Positions 17,210 to 24,002 of a stretch of DNA of 45,616 bases are shown here, piece by piece. The notes under the pieces are model-generated. The model made no database searches and had not been told where the DNA came from. It worked only from the letters and a program-made list of their open reading frames with translations. A program made the position numbers and the translations under genes. How positions within the stretch are numbered: the first letter of the stretch is position 1; each line of letters begins with the position of its first letter. The DNA comes from a virus. The DNA is taken from the IMG/VR virus record IMGVR_UViG_3300005056_000006; one strand, given 5' to 3'.

Positions 17210-17408
17210 TACCAACCTCCTTAATCTTGTTAATCTCTGTTCTTAATGTCTTAGCGAACTTAATTGCTGTTGATTTGTCTAATGAAATTGTAATATATTC
17301 ATCTTTTGCAAACGTGGTTATATTAATTATATCATCATGTTTTTTTAATACACTTATTGTATAATTATCATTGTCATAACCTAAAAATTTTAAATTGAAT
17401 TTAGCCAT
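17202..17408 (-). CDS. Hypothetical protein
   Basis: 68-aa tracked ORF, first gene after the structured 390-bp gap. Confidence 0.5.
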   Translation of the reverse strand: MAKFNLKFLGYDNDNYTISVLKKHDDIINITTFAKDEYITISLDKSTAIKFAKTLRTEINKIKEVGNE

Positions 17409-17448
17409 AATTATTAAAGGTTTTAAGATACCTATAAACTTTTAAATG

Positions 17449-17527
17449 CAGAAACCTATCAAGAGGGTGCGTAGGATGACCGTACTCGATAGGTTCTGTT
17501 AAAAAAAATTGTTTGAAGTTCCTACGC
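17449..17527 (-). promoter_or_regulatory. GC-rich structured leader (hairpin plus loop-to-upstream pairing, pseudoknot-like)
   Basis: Stem 17449..17460 / 17488..17498. Loop octamer 17469..17476 is complementary to 17520..17527. Confidence 0.45.
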
Positions 17528-17729
17528 TTCTAGTTTGTAAATATAGTCATTTATACTTTAACCGCAAGTTTTATTTAATTATTTTATATTTATCGCACTT
17601 CTTACAGATGTAATGATAATTTTTACCTGCTTGAAATAACAGGAAGTAACTATGCCTGCAAAAAAAACGCTTAATTCTAATAAAAATAATTCTCATAATT
17701 TATCTGTTTTAATTGTTTATACTTGTTTA

Positions 17730-17795
17730 AATCAAGGCGGCTTTCGAATAAAAAATTGTATTAAATTTTGTGCAAAATCGCACACCGCCTTGATT
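17730..17795 (-). other. 11-bp perfect inverted repeat with a nested 5-bp hairpin, 3 nt after the methyltransferase stop
   Basis: AATCAAGGCGG at 17730..17740 and CCGCCTTGATT at 17785..17795. Inner TGTGC-AAAATC-GCACA. Confidence 0.6.
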
Positions 17796-17798
17796 GTT

Positions 17799-18482
17799 TT
17801 ATGCTCCTAATTGAAAAATATCCATTTGACTAGTATTCTGTTTTGTTACTATTCCTAGAGCAGTTTCTAAAATTGTTTTACCAACTTCATAATCTACCAA
17901 GTTCCTGGCAATTTTATTAGTTCTTTGCTTTCCTTTGTATTTTGTAAAATCATAATCATGAAATTCTGAAAGTTGATTAATGTCTCCACCTTCAATCATA
18001 TTTTTAAACATTTTTCTTTCTCCTAAATCATTAGGTAATTTGAAATTAGTCCAATATAGATGCCTACCTCTTTTTTGTGCGTGAATTAAAGGCTCATAAA
18101 ATGGTATGACATTTTCAACACAATATTTTCCGTTAAAGTAATTTGCTAAGAATATTATTTCTTCATAAAGCATCATACTTGGATATAGAGCCTTAAAACT
18201 ATCTCTATTTTTTTGGCTTATCCTAACTCTACTATGTGTCGGACAAGGTGGTGAAACCCAAGCAAAATCAAACTCTTTATAGTGGTCTAATAAATATTGG
18301 TGTGCATCCGCAACTATTACCTTGTCGTTTGGGAATCTCTCTTGATACATTCGTGCTAATTCGGGGTCTAATTCTACTGCTGTAACTTCTATTTTTATAT
18401 TAGCCTTTCTTGCTACTTCATCCCATAAGTATCTATTACCTCCTAAACAAGCGTAACCGTTGTAAATTTTAAATGTTTTCAT
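17799..18482 (-). CDS. Short DNA (cytosine-5) methyltransferase-like protein
   Basis: YACLGGN (motif I-like), SPPCPTHS (PC motif IV), CVENV (motif VI), AQKRGRHLYW (motif VIII-like). Only 227 aa. Confidence 0.6.
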   Translation of the reverse strand: MKTFKIYNGYACLGGNRYLWDEVARKANIKIEVTAVELDPELARMYQERFPNDKVIVADAHQYLLDHYKEFDFAWVSPPCPTHSRVRISQKNRDSFKALYPSMMLYEEIIFLANYFNGKYCVENVIPFYEPLIHAQKRGRHLYWTNFKLPNDLGERKMFKNMIEGGDINQLSEFHDYDFTKYKGKQRTNKIARNLVDYEVGKTILETALGIVTKQNTSQMDIFQLGA

Positions 18483-18483
18483 C

Positions 18484-18846
18484 TTATTTTAAATTTGTTA
18501 TTTCTTCAATTAAATCTACAGACAAAAACCTTCCGAAGTCCTTCGACTTTTTCTGCCAACGTCTGAATTGCCTCTCTTCATACTTTGCTTTGTTTAGATT
18601 AGGATAGTCTAAGTTAGTTAGGCTATAAACACAAGTAGGTAATTCACTTACTACAAATACTTCCCCATCCCTTTCTAATTCGCTTGTTCTTTTAGATACC
18701 TCTCTGTAGTCAATTCCTATTTTAGAGCCTATTTGCTTATTTGTTAATTGGCTATCTATAAGAGCTTTTAAAATCTTTTTTTTATGACTATCTTTTAGTC
18801 CGGAATTTTCAGCGTTTTTATTTGCTAATGTGCTTGATTTTTTCAT
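18484..18846 (-). CDS. Winged-helix DNA-binding protein
   Basis: KKILKALIDSQLTNKQIGSKIGIDYREVSKRTSELERDGEVFVV. Confidence 0.45.
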   Translation of the reverse strand: MKKSSTLANKNAENSGLKDSHKKKILKALIDSQLTNKQIGSKIGIDYREVSKRTSELERDGEVFVVSELPTCVYSLTNLDYPNLNKAKYEERQFRRWQKKSKDFGRFLSVDLIEEITNLK

Positions 18847-18855
18847 AATTTTAGT

Positions 18856-19149
18856 TTAATTGTTAATTATTATTGACATCATTTCTTCATACTTTTTGTC
18901 GACTTGTATAAAACCTGCCGTTCTTCTCGATCCGTTTAATATTGTTGAGTGGTCTCTTTTAAATGCACCACCTACTTCTGCACAAGTAATTTTATAAACT
19001 CTATACATAATATAGAATAATATATTTCTAGGTTCTGAAAACTTTCTTTCTTGACTTTTTGATTTTAACTCATCAATAGTTACATCAAATTGACTACAAA
19101 CTATTGATACAACATTCTCAACCGACTCACTATTTAATAATATTTTCAT
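18856..19149 (-). CDS. DnaA domain IV-like helix-turn-helix protein
   Basis: SKSQERKFSEPRNILFYIMY...EVGGAFKRDHSTILNG resembles the DnaA C-terminal DNA-binding domain. Confidence 0.5.
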   Translation of the reverse strand: MKILLNSESVENVVSIVCSQFDVTIDELKSKSQERKFSEPRNILFYIMYRVYKITCAEVGGAFKRDHSTILNGSRRTAGFIQVDKKYEEMMSIIINN

Positions 19150-19459
19150 ACTTTATAGATTTATTACTAATTAATCCTGCATTTGCGTAACTATATCTTT
19201 CTTTACTTTTCATCCAACTTCCTTCTGAATAAACTACTTTTGGAGGCAGTTCGTTACAAGACTCTACACGCCTAAGCCTATTCATACTCTTCACTTCAAA
19301 CAAATTTCTCTTAGTAATTAATAATGACAATTTAGACTTATCTATATTGTATTTTTTGCAAATTTCAACATAAGAATTTTCTGTTATAATCTTAATTATT
19401 TTAAGGTCTGAAAAATCCTGAAACCTAATTGGTTTTTCCTTAATAGTTTCCACGTTCAT
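19130..19459 (-). CDS. Hypothetical protein, possible HTH
   Basis: 109-aa tracked ORF. SYVEICKKYNIDKSKLSLLI segment. Confidence 0.45.
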   Translation of the reverse strand: MNVETIKEKPIRFQDFSDLKIIKIITENSYVEICKKYNIDKSKLSLLITKRNLFEVKSMNRLRRVESCNELPPKVVYSEGSWMKSKERYSYANAGLISNKSIKYENIIK

Positions 19460-19469
19460 AATTCTAATT

Positions 19470-19718
19470 TTAATCTGTTAAAATAAATTTGTTTTTCTTA
19501 CACTTATTGCAATTACTCATTACTGTTTTCATCTTTAATGATATTGTAAAGTATTTACGCAAGTGTTTCTTCTCTTCGTTTATAGTTTTGATACTATCCG
19601 TTAGATTTTGTATTTCAGTATCTTTAGAAGCGTTCTTTTTTATTTCTTTTTGATACTTTCCTACATACATAATTGTAGTTAGTAGTAATAAGAATGATGC
19701 TAGTACGAATGATTTCAT
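19470..19718 (-). CDS. Small protein with an N-terminal TM helix
   Basis: MKSFVLASFLLLLTTIMYVG... Confidence 0.45.
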   Translation of the reverse strand: MKSFVLASFLLLLTTIMYVGKYQKEIKKNASKDTEIQNLTDSIKTINEEKKHLRKYFTISLKMKTVMSNCNKCKKNKFILTD

Positions 19719-20032
19719 AATAATTCTGGGTTTTCGTGAATATTTCCGATTACTTCATGCTGTCTAAAGGTAATTTCTGGACTTCTTTTATTACCTCTCT
19801 TATCTGTCCAAGTCGCAACATATTTACAAGCAATCCATTCAATAACACATATTAAATCACCTGATTTTGTTATGTCTCCTTCATAAATATCTTTACCGTT
19901 CTTGTCTTTTAATCCTGTGAATTGCATCGGTTTATTAGCTCCATTAGTAGATATTCCTTCTACAATGTTATAGGCGCTAGAAACCCATCTTTCTAAATTT
20001 ACATTCCATATTCTAAATTTTATTTTTCTCAT
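19715..20032 (-). CDS. YopX family protein
   Basis: KFRIWN...QFTGLKDKNGKDIYEGDI...VIGNIHENPELL. Confidence 0.75.
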   Translation of the reverse strand: MRKIKFRIWNVNLERWVSSAYNIVEGISTNGANKPMQFTGLKDKNGKDIYEGDITKSGDLICVIEWIACKYVATWTDKRGNKRSPEITFRQHEVIGNIHENPELL

Positions 20033-20418
20033 GTCTTTTTAATTATTAAACTATCCTTAGAATAAGTTACTTGTGGCACTTCACCAACTTCACCATGCTC
20101 ATCTACCGAGCTTTTACCCTTCTCAAATAATCCGTAGTTAGCTTTTAAATCGTTTTTAATTTCTTCAAGATTATCATTTGCTATCTGAAAAGATTTACAT
20201 TGTTTAAAGTTCCATTGCTTTCTACCGTTGCGTTTCTCGATTTTAAAACCGTCCTTTTCAAAAGTCTTGTCCTCATATTCGCATTGATTCATTGCTTCTA
20301 CTTCAACTATTTCAATGGCTAATTTTACAGTCTTTAATCTTTGTTTTAATAGATAGAGTGCTTCGTAAGGATTTTGATTTCCATCCATTACGTCCTGAGT
20401 AATTTGTTCTATATTCAT
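20029..20418 (-). CDS. Hypothetical protein (Gp157-like position next to the annealase)
   Basis: 129-aa tracked ORF with 4-nt overlaps on both sides. The family call is weak. Confidence 0.4.
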   Translation of the reverse strand: MNIEQITQDVMDGNQNPYEALYLLKQRLKTVKLAIEIVEVEAMNQCEYEDKTFEKDGFKIEKRNGRKQWNFKQCKSFQIANDNLEEIKNDLKANYGLFEKGKSSVDEHGEVGEVPQVTYSKDSLIIKKT

Positions 20419-21044
20419 TTTGTTTCTTTTTTAGTAAATATTCCGTGTTCAAATCTTTTCTTTCCGTTATTATCTTTAGCTGCTAAGTAGGTTAATTTTC
20501 CATCCGTAAATTGACTAAACCATTCCCATTCTTTCAACTTAAAATCCCAAGTTGCTTTTTTAGAAGCATTGTCAAACTCATTAACTAATAATTTAATACT
20601 AATTAGAGGATAATCATATAGCTCTCTTCCAATACCCCAATTAAAACACGCCCTTTTAAAACTATCACTTGCCAATCCTTTAGCAGCTTCCGTATTACTT
20701 ACAGTACCTACATCTTCTTTGCTAATCCATTGACTAGTTTTTTCGTTGAATATAGACACTCTGCAAGTCTTATTACTATCAAAGTGTTCACGCTTCCAGT
20801 TTAAAGCCCCTACAACACTATCAAGCCTATTCATATCTACCCTAGCATCCTTATATGCTAATATAGTTGCGTAACCACCCTTATTAACGCTTTGCACTCG
20901 AAAGTCTATTGATTCAATTGGTAACGGTTTTTGTAAATCTTTAATATTCATCGTTTTAGTTTTTTGTTTTAAGTATTCATCTTTTTGAAATTTCTTAACC
21001 TCTCTATAGTTTGGAGCTTTCCGCTCGTCCATTTCCCAACTCAT
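20415..21044 (-). CDS. Rad52/Sak-type single-strand annealing protein
   Basis: YKDARVDMNRLDSVVGALNWKRE...EAAKGLASDSFKRACFNWGIGRELY. Confidence 0.6.
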   Translation of the reverse strand: MSWEMDERKAPNYREVKKFQKDEYLKQKTKTMNIKDLQKPLPIESIDFRVQSVNKGGYATILAYKDARVDMNRLDSVVGALNWKREHFDSNKTCRVSIFNEKTSQWISKEDVGTVSNTEAAKGLASDSFKRACFNWGIGRELYDYPLISIKLLVNEFDNASKKATWDFKLKEWEWFSQFTDGKLTYLAAKDNNGKKRFEHGIFTKKETK

Positions 21045-21045
21045 T

Positions 21046-21345
21046 TTAATTTTCTAATTTGTTAGTAATATAATTTTCAATCTCATGCTTAACCTCTCGT
21101 TCCATTTGTTTACTAAATGTTATCTCATCATTTGCAGAATTGAATATTTTGAAATAACAAAATGTGAACCTTTCAATTACAATTTCATCCTCCATTATTC
21201 CTAAAGTCTCATCTTTTGGAGTCCAAACATTTTCATCCCAATCTACCTCACAAGTTATGTAAAATCCATCTTCACAAAATCCTCCAAATTCGGCTCTTAC
21301 TTCTTTAGTTTCCTTGTCGAAGTCTACGTTTTCTAAGTTAATCAT
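21046..21345 (-). CDS. Strongly acidic hypothetical protein
   Basis: 99-aa tracked ORF, about a quarter D/E by eye. Confidence 0.5.
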   Translation of the reverse strand: MINLENVDFDKETKEVRAEFGGFCEDGFYITCEVDWDENVWTPKDETLGIMEDEIVIERFTFCYFKIFNSANDEITFSKQMEREVKHEIENYITNKLEN

Positions 21346-21566
21346 AATGTTGCTTTTTTAATTGCTGCTTCTGCTTCTATTATTGCAAGTGGTGCGTGTA
21401 TTTCTCCTTTAAGCCTACCTACACAAACTTTCAAAGCTCCTAATAATTCAGCGTTTATTTCTTTTTCCTTTTGAAGTAACATTGTATTGGTCATTCTAAT
21501 CCATCTACCTCTTGGAGTTGATTTAAAGTGCCAAACACCTTGTATAAGTTTTTCTACGTGATACAT
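21342..21566 (-). CDS. Hypothetical protein
   Basis: 74-aa tracked ORF. Confidence 0.5.
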   Translation of the reverse strand: MYHVEKLIQGVWHFKSTPRGRWIRMTNTMLLQKEKEINAELLGALKVCVGRLKGEIHAPLAIIEAEAAIKKATL

Positions 21567-21569
21567 AAT

Positions 21570-21773
21570 TTAATCTTTTAGTAATGTTTTATTAAGTCTA
21601 ATTATATTCTTTGCAAGCCTGTTCTCAATTCCGAAATGATCCGCTCTAAGTATCTTTACATACCACATCATATTGTTCTTTAGAACCAAAGTTTTTAATC
21701 CAAACTTTTTAAGCCTTCTCTTATCTTTAGCTATCGCAGCTTCTTTTAATAGTCTTTTAGTTTCTAAATTCAT
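21570..21773 (-). CDS. Hypothetical basic protein
   Basis: 67-aa tracked ORF. Confidence 0.45.
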   Translation of the reverse strand: MNLETKRLLKEAAIAKDKRRLKKFGLKTLVLKNNMMWYVKILRADHFGIENRLAKNIIRLNKTLLKD

Positions 21774-21777
21774 CTTT

Positions 21778-22017
21778 CTAGTTTTTTTTCTTTAGTTCAA
21801 TTTTTCCTTCCGTAAAGGCTATCATTAAAGCCCTTGAAACTTCGCTCTCATTCATGCCGTCAATCTCTTTACAAGCTAATTTAAAAGCTATCTTATCGCC
21901 TACTGTACACTTATACCTTATGTAATCTTCCTTTTTTCTAGCTTTCTTAACCTTCTCTAAATGGTCAAGGTCAATGTTAGTTCTTATAACTAATGGTTTT
22001 TTTAATTCGTTTTTCAT
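21778..22017 (-). CDS. Hypothetical protein, possible RHH-type DNA binder
   Basis: 79 aa. ...NESEVSRALMIAFTEGK. Confidence 0.4.
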   Translation of the reverse strand: MKNELKKPLVIRTNIDLDHLEKVKKARKKEDYIRYKCTVGDKIAFKLACKEIDGMNESEVSRALMIAFTEGKIELKKKN

Positions 22018-22024
22018 AATTTAT

Positions 22025-22225
22025 TTATTTTTGTTTAAAGAAAAAATCAGTAAAACATACCCTATCGCAAAAATGAACATCGTTATGATTACTTAGCGAT
22101 ACAACACTTCTTTTTTTGCTTGGTACTGGATTGTTAAATATTAATGATTTATTTGAAGAGCCTAAAGATATAAGCTCTTCTTTTTGAATTACTTCATTGC
22201 AATTATCACACTTGTAAATTTCCAT
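22025..22225 (-). CDS. Zinc-ribbon-like small protein
   Basis: CDNCNEV...HFCDRVC. Confidence 0.45.
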   Translation of the reverse strand: MEIYKCDNCNEVIQKEELISLGSSNKSLIFNNPVPSKKRSVVSLSNHNDVHFCDRVCFTDFFFKQK

Positions 22226-22228
22226 ATC

Positions 22229-22387
22229 TTATTTTTTTAATAATATTTTAACCTGTTCAATTGTCATGTTATTTTTTAAAGCTAAACCACTCAAAAAAGA
22301 TTCCATTTCTTTCATAGTGCCAGTAATTATTTTGTCTTTACACTTGTTTTCTGTTAAAGAACTGTTTTTAAATTTTTGAGTTGTCAT
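22229..22387 (-). CDS. First early ORF (52 aa)
   Basis: Hand-translated: MTTQKFKNSSLTENKCKDKIITGTMKEMESFLSGLALKNNMTIEQVKILLKK. ATG about 22 nt after the -7 box. Confidence 0.4.
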   Translation of the reverse strand: MTTQKFKNSSLTENKCKDKIITGTMKEMESFLSGLALKNNMTIEQVKILLKK

Positions 22388-22408
22388 ATCTATCGTTTTA
22401 ATTCTCTA

Positions 22409-22439
22409 CAAATATACAACTCTATTCGTTATAACCAAA
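22409..22439 (-). promoter_or_regulatory. Bacteroidota-type promoter TTTG-N19-TATATTTG (putative early promoter)
   Basis: Minus strand has TTTG at 22439..22436, a 19-nt spacer, then TATATTTG at 22416..22409. Lies right after the genome's strongest terminator and before the first early ORF. Confidence 0.6.
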
Positions 22440-22500
22440 CATTATAACGATAAATAGTAAAGAAATAATAAGTTTGTAATGTTTATAAGGGTTTGAGAGT

Positions 22501-22537
22501 GAAAATAAAAAACCTTACTAAATTCATAGTAAGGTTT
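22501..22537 (-). terminator. Intrinsic terminator ending the late/lysis transcription unit
   Basis: Perfect 11-bp stem (22510..22520 / 22527..22537), 6-nt loop, then UUUAUUUU on the minus strand. Confidence 0.75.
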
Positions 22538-22592
22538 AATTGATTGAAATAGTGTATTTCAGATACTTGACGGTTTGTAAATATACAATAAA

Positions 22593-23054
22593 TTATTTAA
22601 TATACTTCTTATAAAGAATATAAATGCCAAAAGCAATGAGAATCAACCACCAAAGTCGACCTAATCCGTTTAGTATCTGTTCTGATATAGTTAATGGAAT
22701 AGGTGCAACTATCTGTATAGGTACTCTTACAATCTTTTCTACATAAATAGTATCACTATCACAACCGCCACTTACTATAAGCGTATCTACTGAACGAATG
22801 ATTTTTAAATGAAACTTATCCTTTATTATTTCTAAAGTGTCAAACTCAATGCTTAAAACAGTATCTATCTGAACGCTGTTAGTTATTATTGTAGTATCTA
22901 ATACAATAGTAGTATCTTTTGTAGTTAAAAGTTCTGGACATCTACGTAATACCTTTTCAAACTTTCGGTTGCACTTGTTTTTACGCCTTAACTCTGGAGA
23001 AATAAACGGGTTACAACTCGTTATAAGTATAACTAGTATTAATAAGTACTTCAT
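22593..23054 (-). CDS. Lipoprotein with a C-terminal TM anchor (unimolecular-spanin-like)
   Basis: MKYLLILVILITSC lipobox, a beta-rich middle, and C-terminal LWWLILIAFGIYILY followed by KKYIK. Last gene before terminator 22537..22501. Confidence 0.6.
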   Translation of the reverse strand: MKYLLILVILITSCNPFISPELRRKNKCNRKFEKVLRRCPELLTTKDTTIVLDTTIITNSVQIDTVLSIEFDTLEIIKDKFHLKIIRSVDTLIVSGGCDSDTIYVEKIVRVPIQIVAPIPLTISEQILNGLGRLWWLILIAFGIYILYKKYIK

Positions 23055-23149
23055 GGTTTAAAGATATTAGAGAATAATATAATCACACCTATTGACGTGC
23101 AAATAGCAAATATAGCTGTATAGATTAACCTTTTAAAACCTTCTTCCAT
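23051..23149 (-). CDS. 32-aa hydrophobic peptide, ATGA-coupled to the lipoprotein ORF (uncertain)
   Basis: Hand-translated: MEEGFKRLIYTAIFAICTSIGVIILFSNIFKP. Conflicts with a TATATTTG box at 23114..23107. Confidence 0.25.
   Translation of the reverse strand: MEEGFKRLIYTAIFAICTSIGVIILFSNIFKP
23107..23114 (-). promoter_or_regulatory. -7 box TATATTTG before the lipoprotein ORF
   Basis: Motif match 53 nt before ATG 23054. Confidence 0.3.
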
Positions 23150-23298
23150 AAGGTAAATGTACGCTTTATTTTTATATCTAATAAAAATTACTATCTTTGT
23201 CATTCAAAGTAACGTGGAAATTACTAGAAACTTATTTAAATAACCGCCTTTATGATGCCGTCCACGTGGCTAATTTAGGCTGGTTGTTAACGGTTAAG

Positions 23299-23363
23299 CT
23301 ATGTTTTAAAGCGTAGACAAATGACAAATAGAATTACAAACCAAACACCGCTTTAAAATATAG
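23299..23363. other. 15-bp inverted repeat (one G.T) with a 35-nt loop in the non-coding gap
   Basis: CTATGTTTTAAAGCG at 23299..23313 and CGCTTTAAAATATAG at 23349..23363. Confidence 0.6.
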
Positions 23364-23388
23364 GTGGTGTTATAAAATGTTTTAAGAT

Positions 23389-23565
23389 ATGGAATGGATA
23401 AGAGTTGAAGATAGTTTGCCATGCAATAAAGAGAATGTTCTTATAAAGCTATCAAATGGAAAAGAGATTAACGGTCATCGAATAAATAACTTTTGGAGCT
23501 TTAACCCTAAAGAACATTCTTTTGAAGATTTAAAAGCGGAGGTTATAGAATGGAAAAGAAACTGA
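23389..23565 (+). CDS. DUF551-like small protein, second copy, on the opposite strand
   Basis: Hand-translated 58 aa: MEWIRVEDSLPCNKENVLIKLSNGKEINGH...VIEWKRN. Compare MEWISVKDRLPEE of 7105..7314. Confidence 0.5.
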   Translation: MEWIRVEDSLPCNKENVLIKLSNGKEINGHRINNFWSFNPKEHSFEDLKAEVIEWKRN

Positions 23566-23690
23566 AAACAAATTGCTGCAACCGTAATTATGTAATATTA
23601 AGACCTTTTTTTTACTACTGTGAAAAATGCAAAAGCGATGTGTCGAGTTATATATTGCTACTACAAATATTTAAAAGAGCAATAGTTTAA
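23550..23690 (+). CDS. Small Cys-rich ORF (46 aa), uncertain
   Basis: Hand-translated: MEKKLKTNCCNRNYVILRPFFYYCEKCKSDVSSYILLLQIFKRAIV. Overlaps the previous ORF by 16 nt. Confidence 0.3.
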   Translation: MEKKLKTNCCNRNYVILRPFFYYCEKCKSDVSSYILLLQIFKRAIV

Positions 23691-23805
23691 TGTTTTATAA
23701 CACCAAACTATGTAACGCCTTTTCGGTGTTATATAGTGGCTTACAACCATATTCCCGACATGGGGAAAAAGGTATTTAAGCAATTAAATATAAGGTGGTG
23801 TTAGG

Positions 23806-24000
23806 TTAATCTTTTTTAGATGGTCTAGTCCCTTCTGAGTGCTTATACATAACACCACTTGCTGCAATAACGCCTAAAGCTATTATAGTGACATCTGTTG
23901 ATCCTTTATGTAAAGAATAGATGCTTATGCCCATCATAAAAATTATAACGGATATAGTTACTTTGAATCTTGTTTTTTTAGTGTTGTCAAGATATGCCAT
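23806..24000 (-). CDS. Holin/antiholin-like two-TM protein
   Basis: 64 aa with two hydrophobic helices and a charged C-terminus. Immediately downstream of the endolysin. Confidence 0.5.
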   Translation of the reverse strand: MAYLDNTKKTRFKVTISVIIFMMGISIYSLHKGSTDVTIIALGVIAASGVMYKHSEGTRPSKKD

Positions 24001-24002
24001 TG

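Noticed and set aside
17440-17530. tRNA or tmRNA-like genes in the GC-richer gaps (17440..17530, 23200..23340, 23700..23780)
   Set aside because: I could not build a cloverleaf. There is no GTTCGAATC-like T-loop, no 7-bp acceptor pairing and no CCA-proximal complementarity. The stems found are simple hairpins.
23211-23270. 7-bp inverted repeat ACGTGGA/TCCACGT and the CCACGTGG palindrome in the non-coding gap
   Set aside because: They are too short to distinguish from chance. They are noted only as part of the generally structured 23055..23388 gap.
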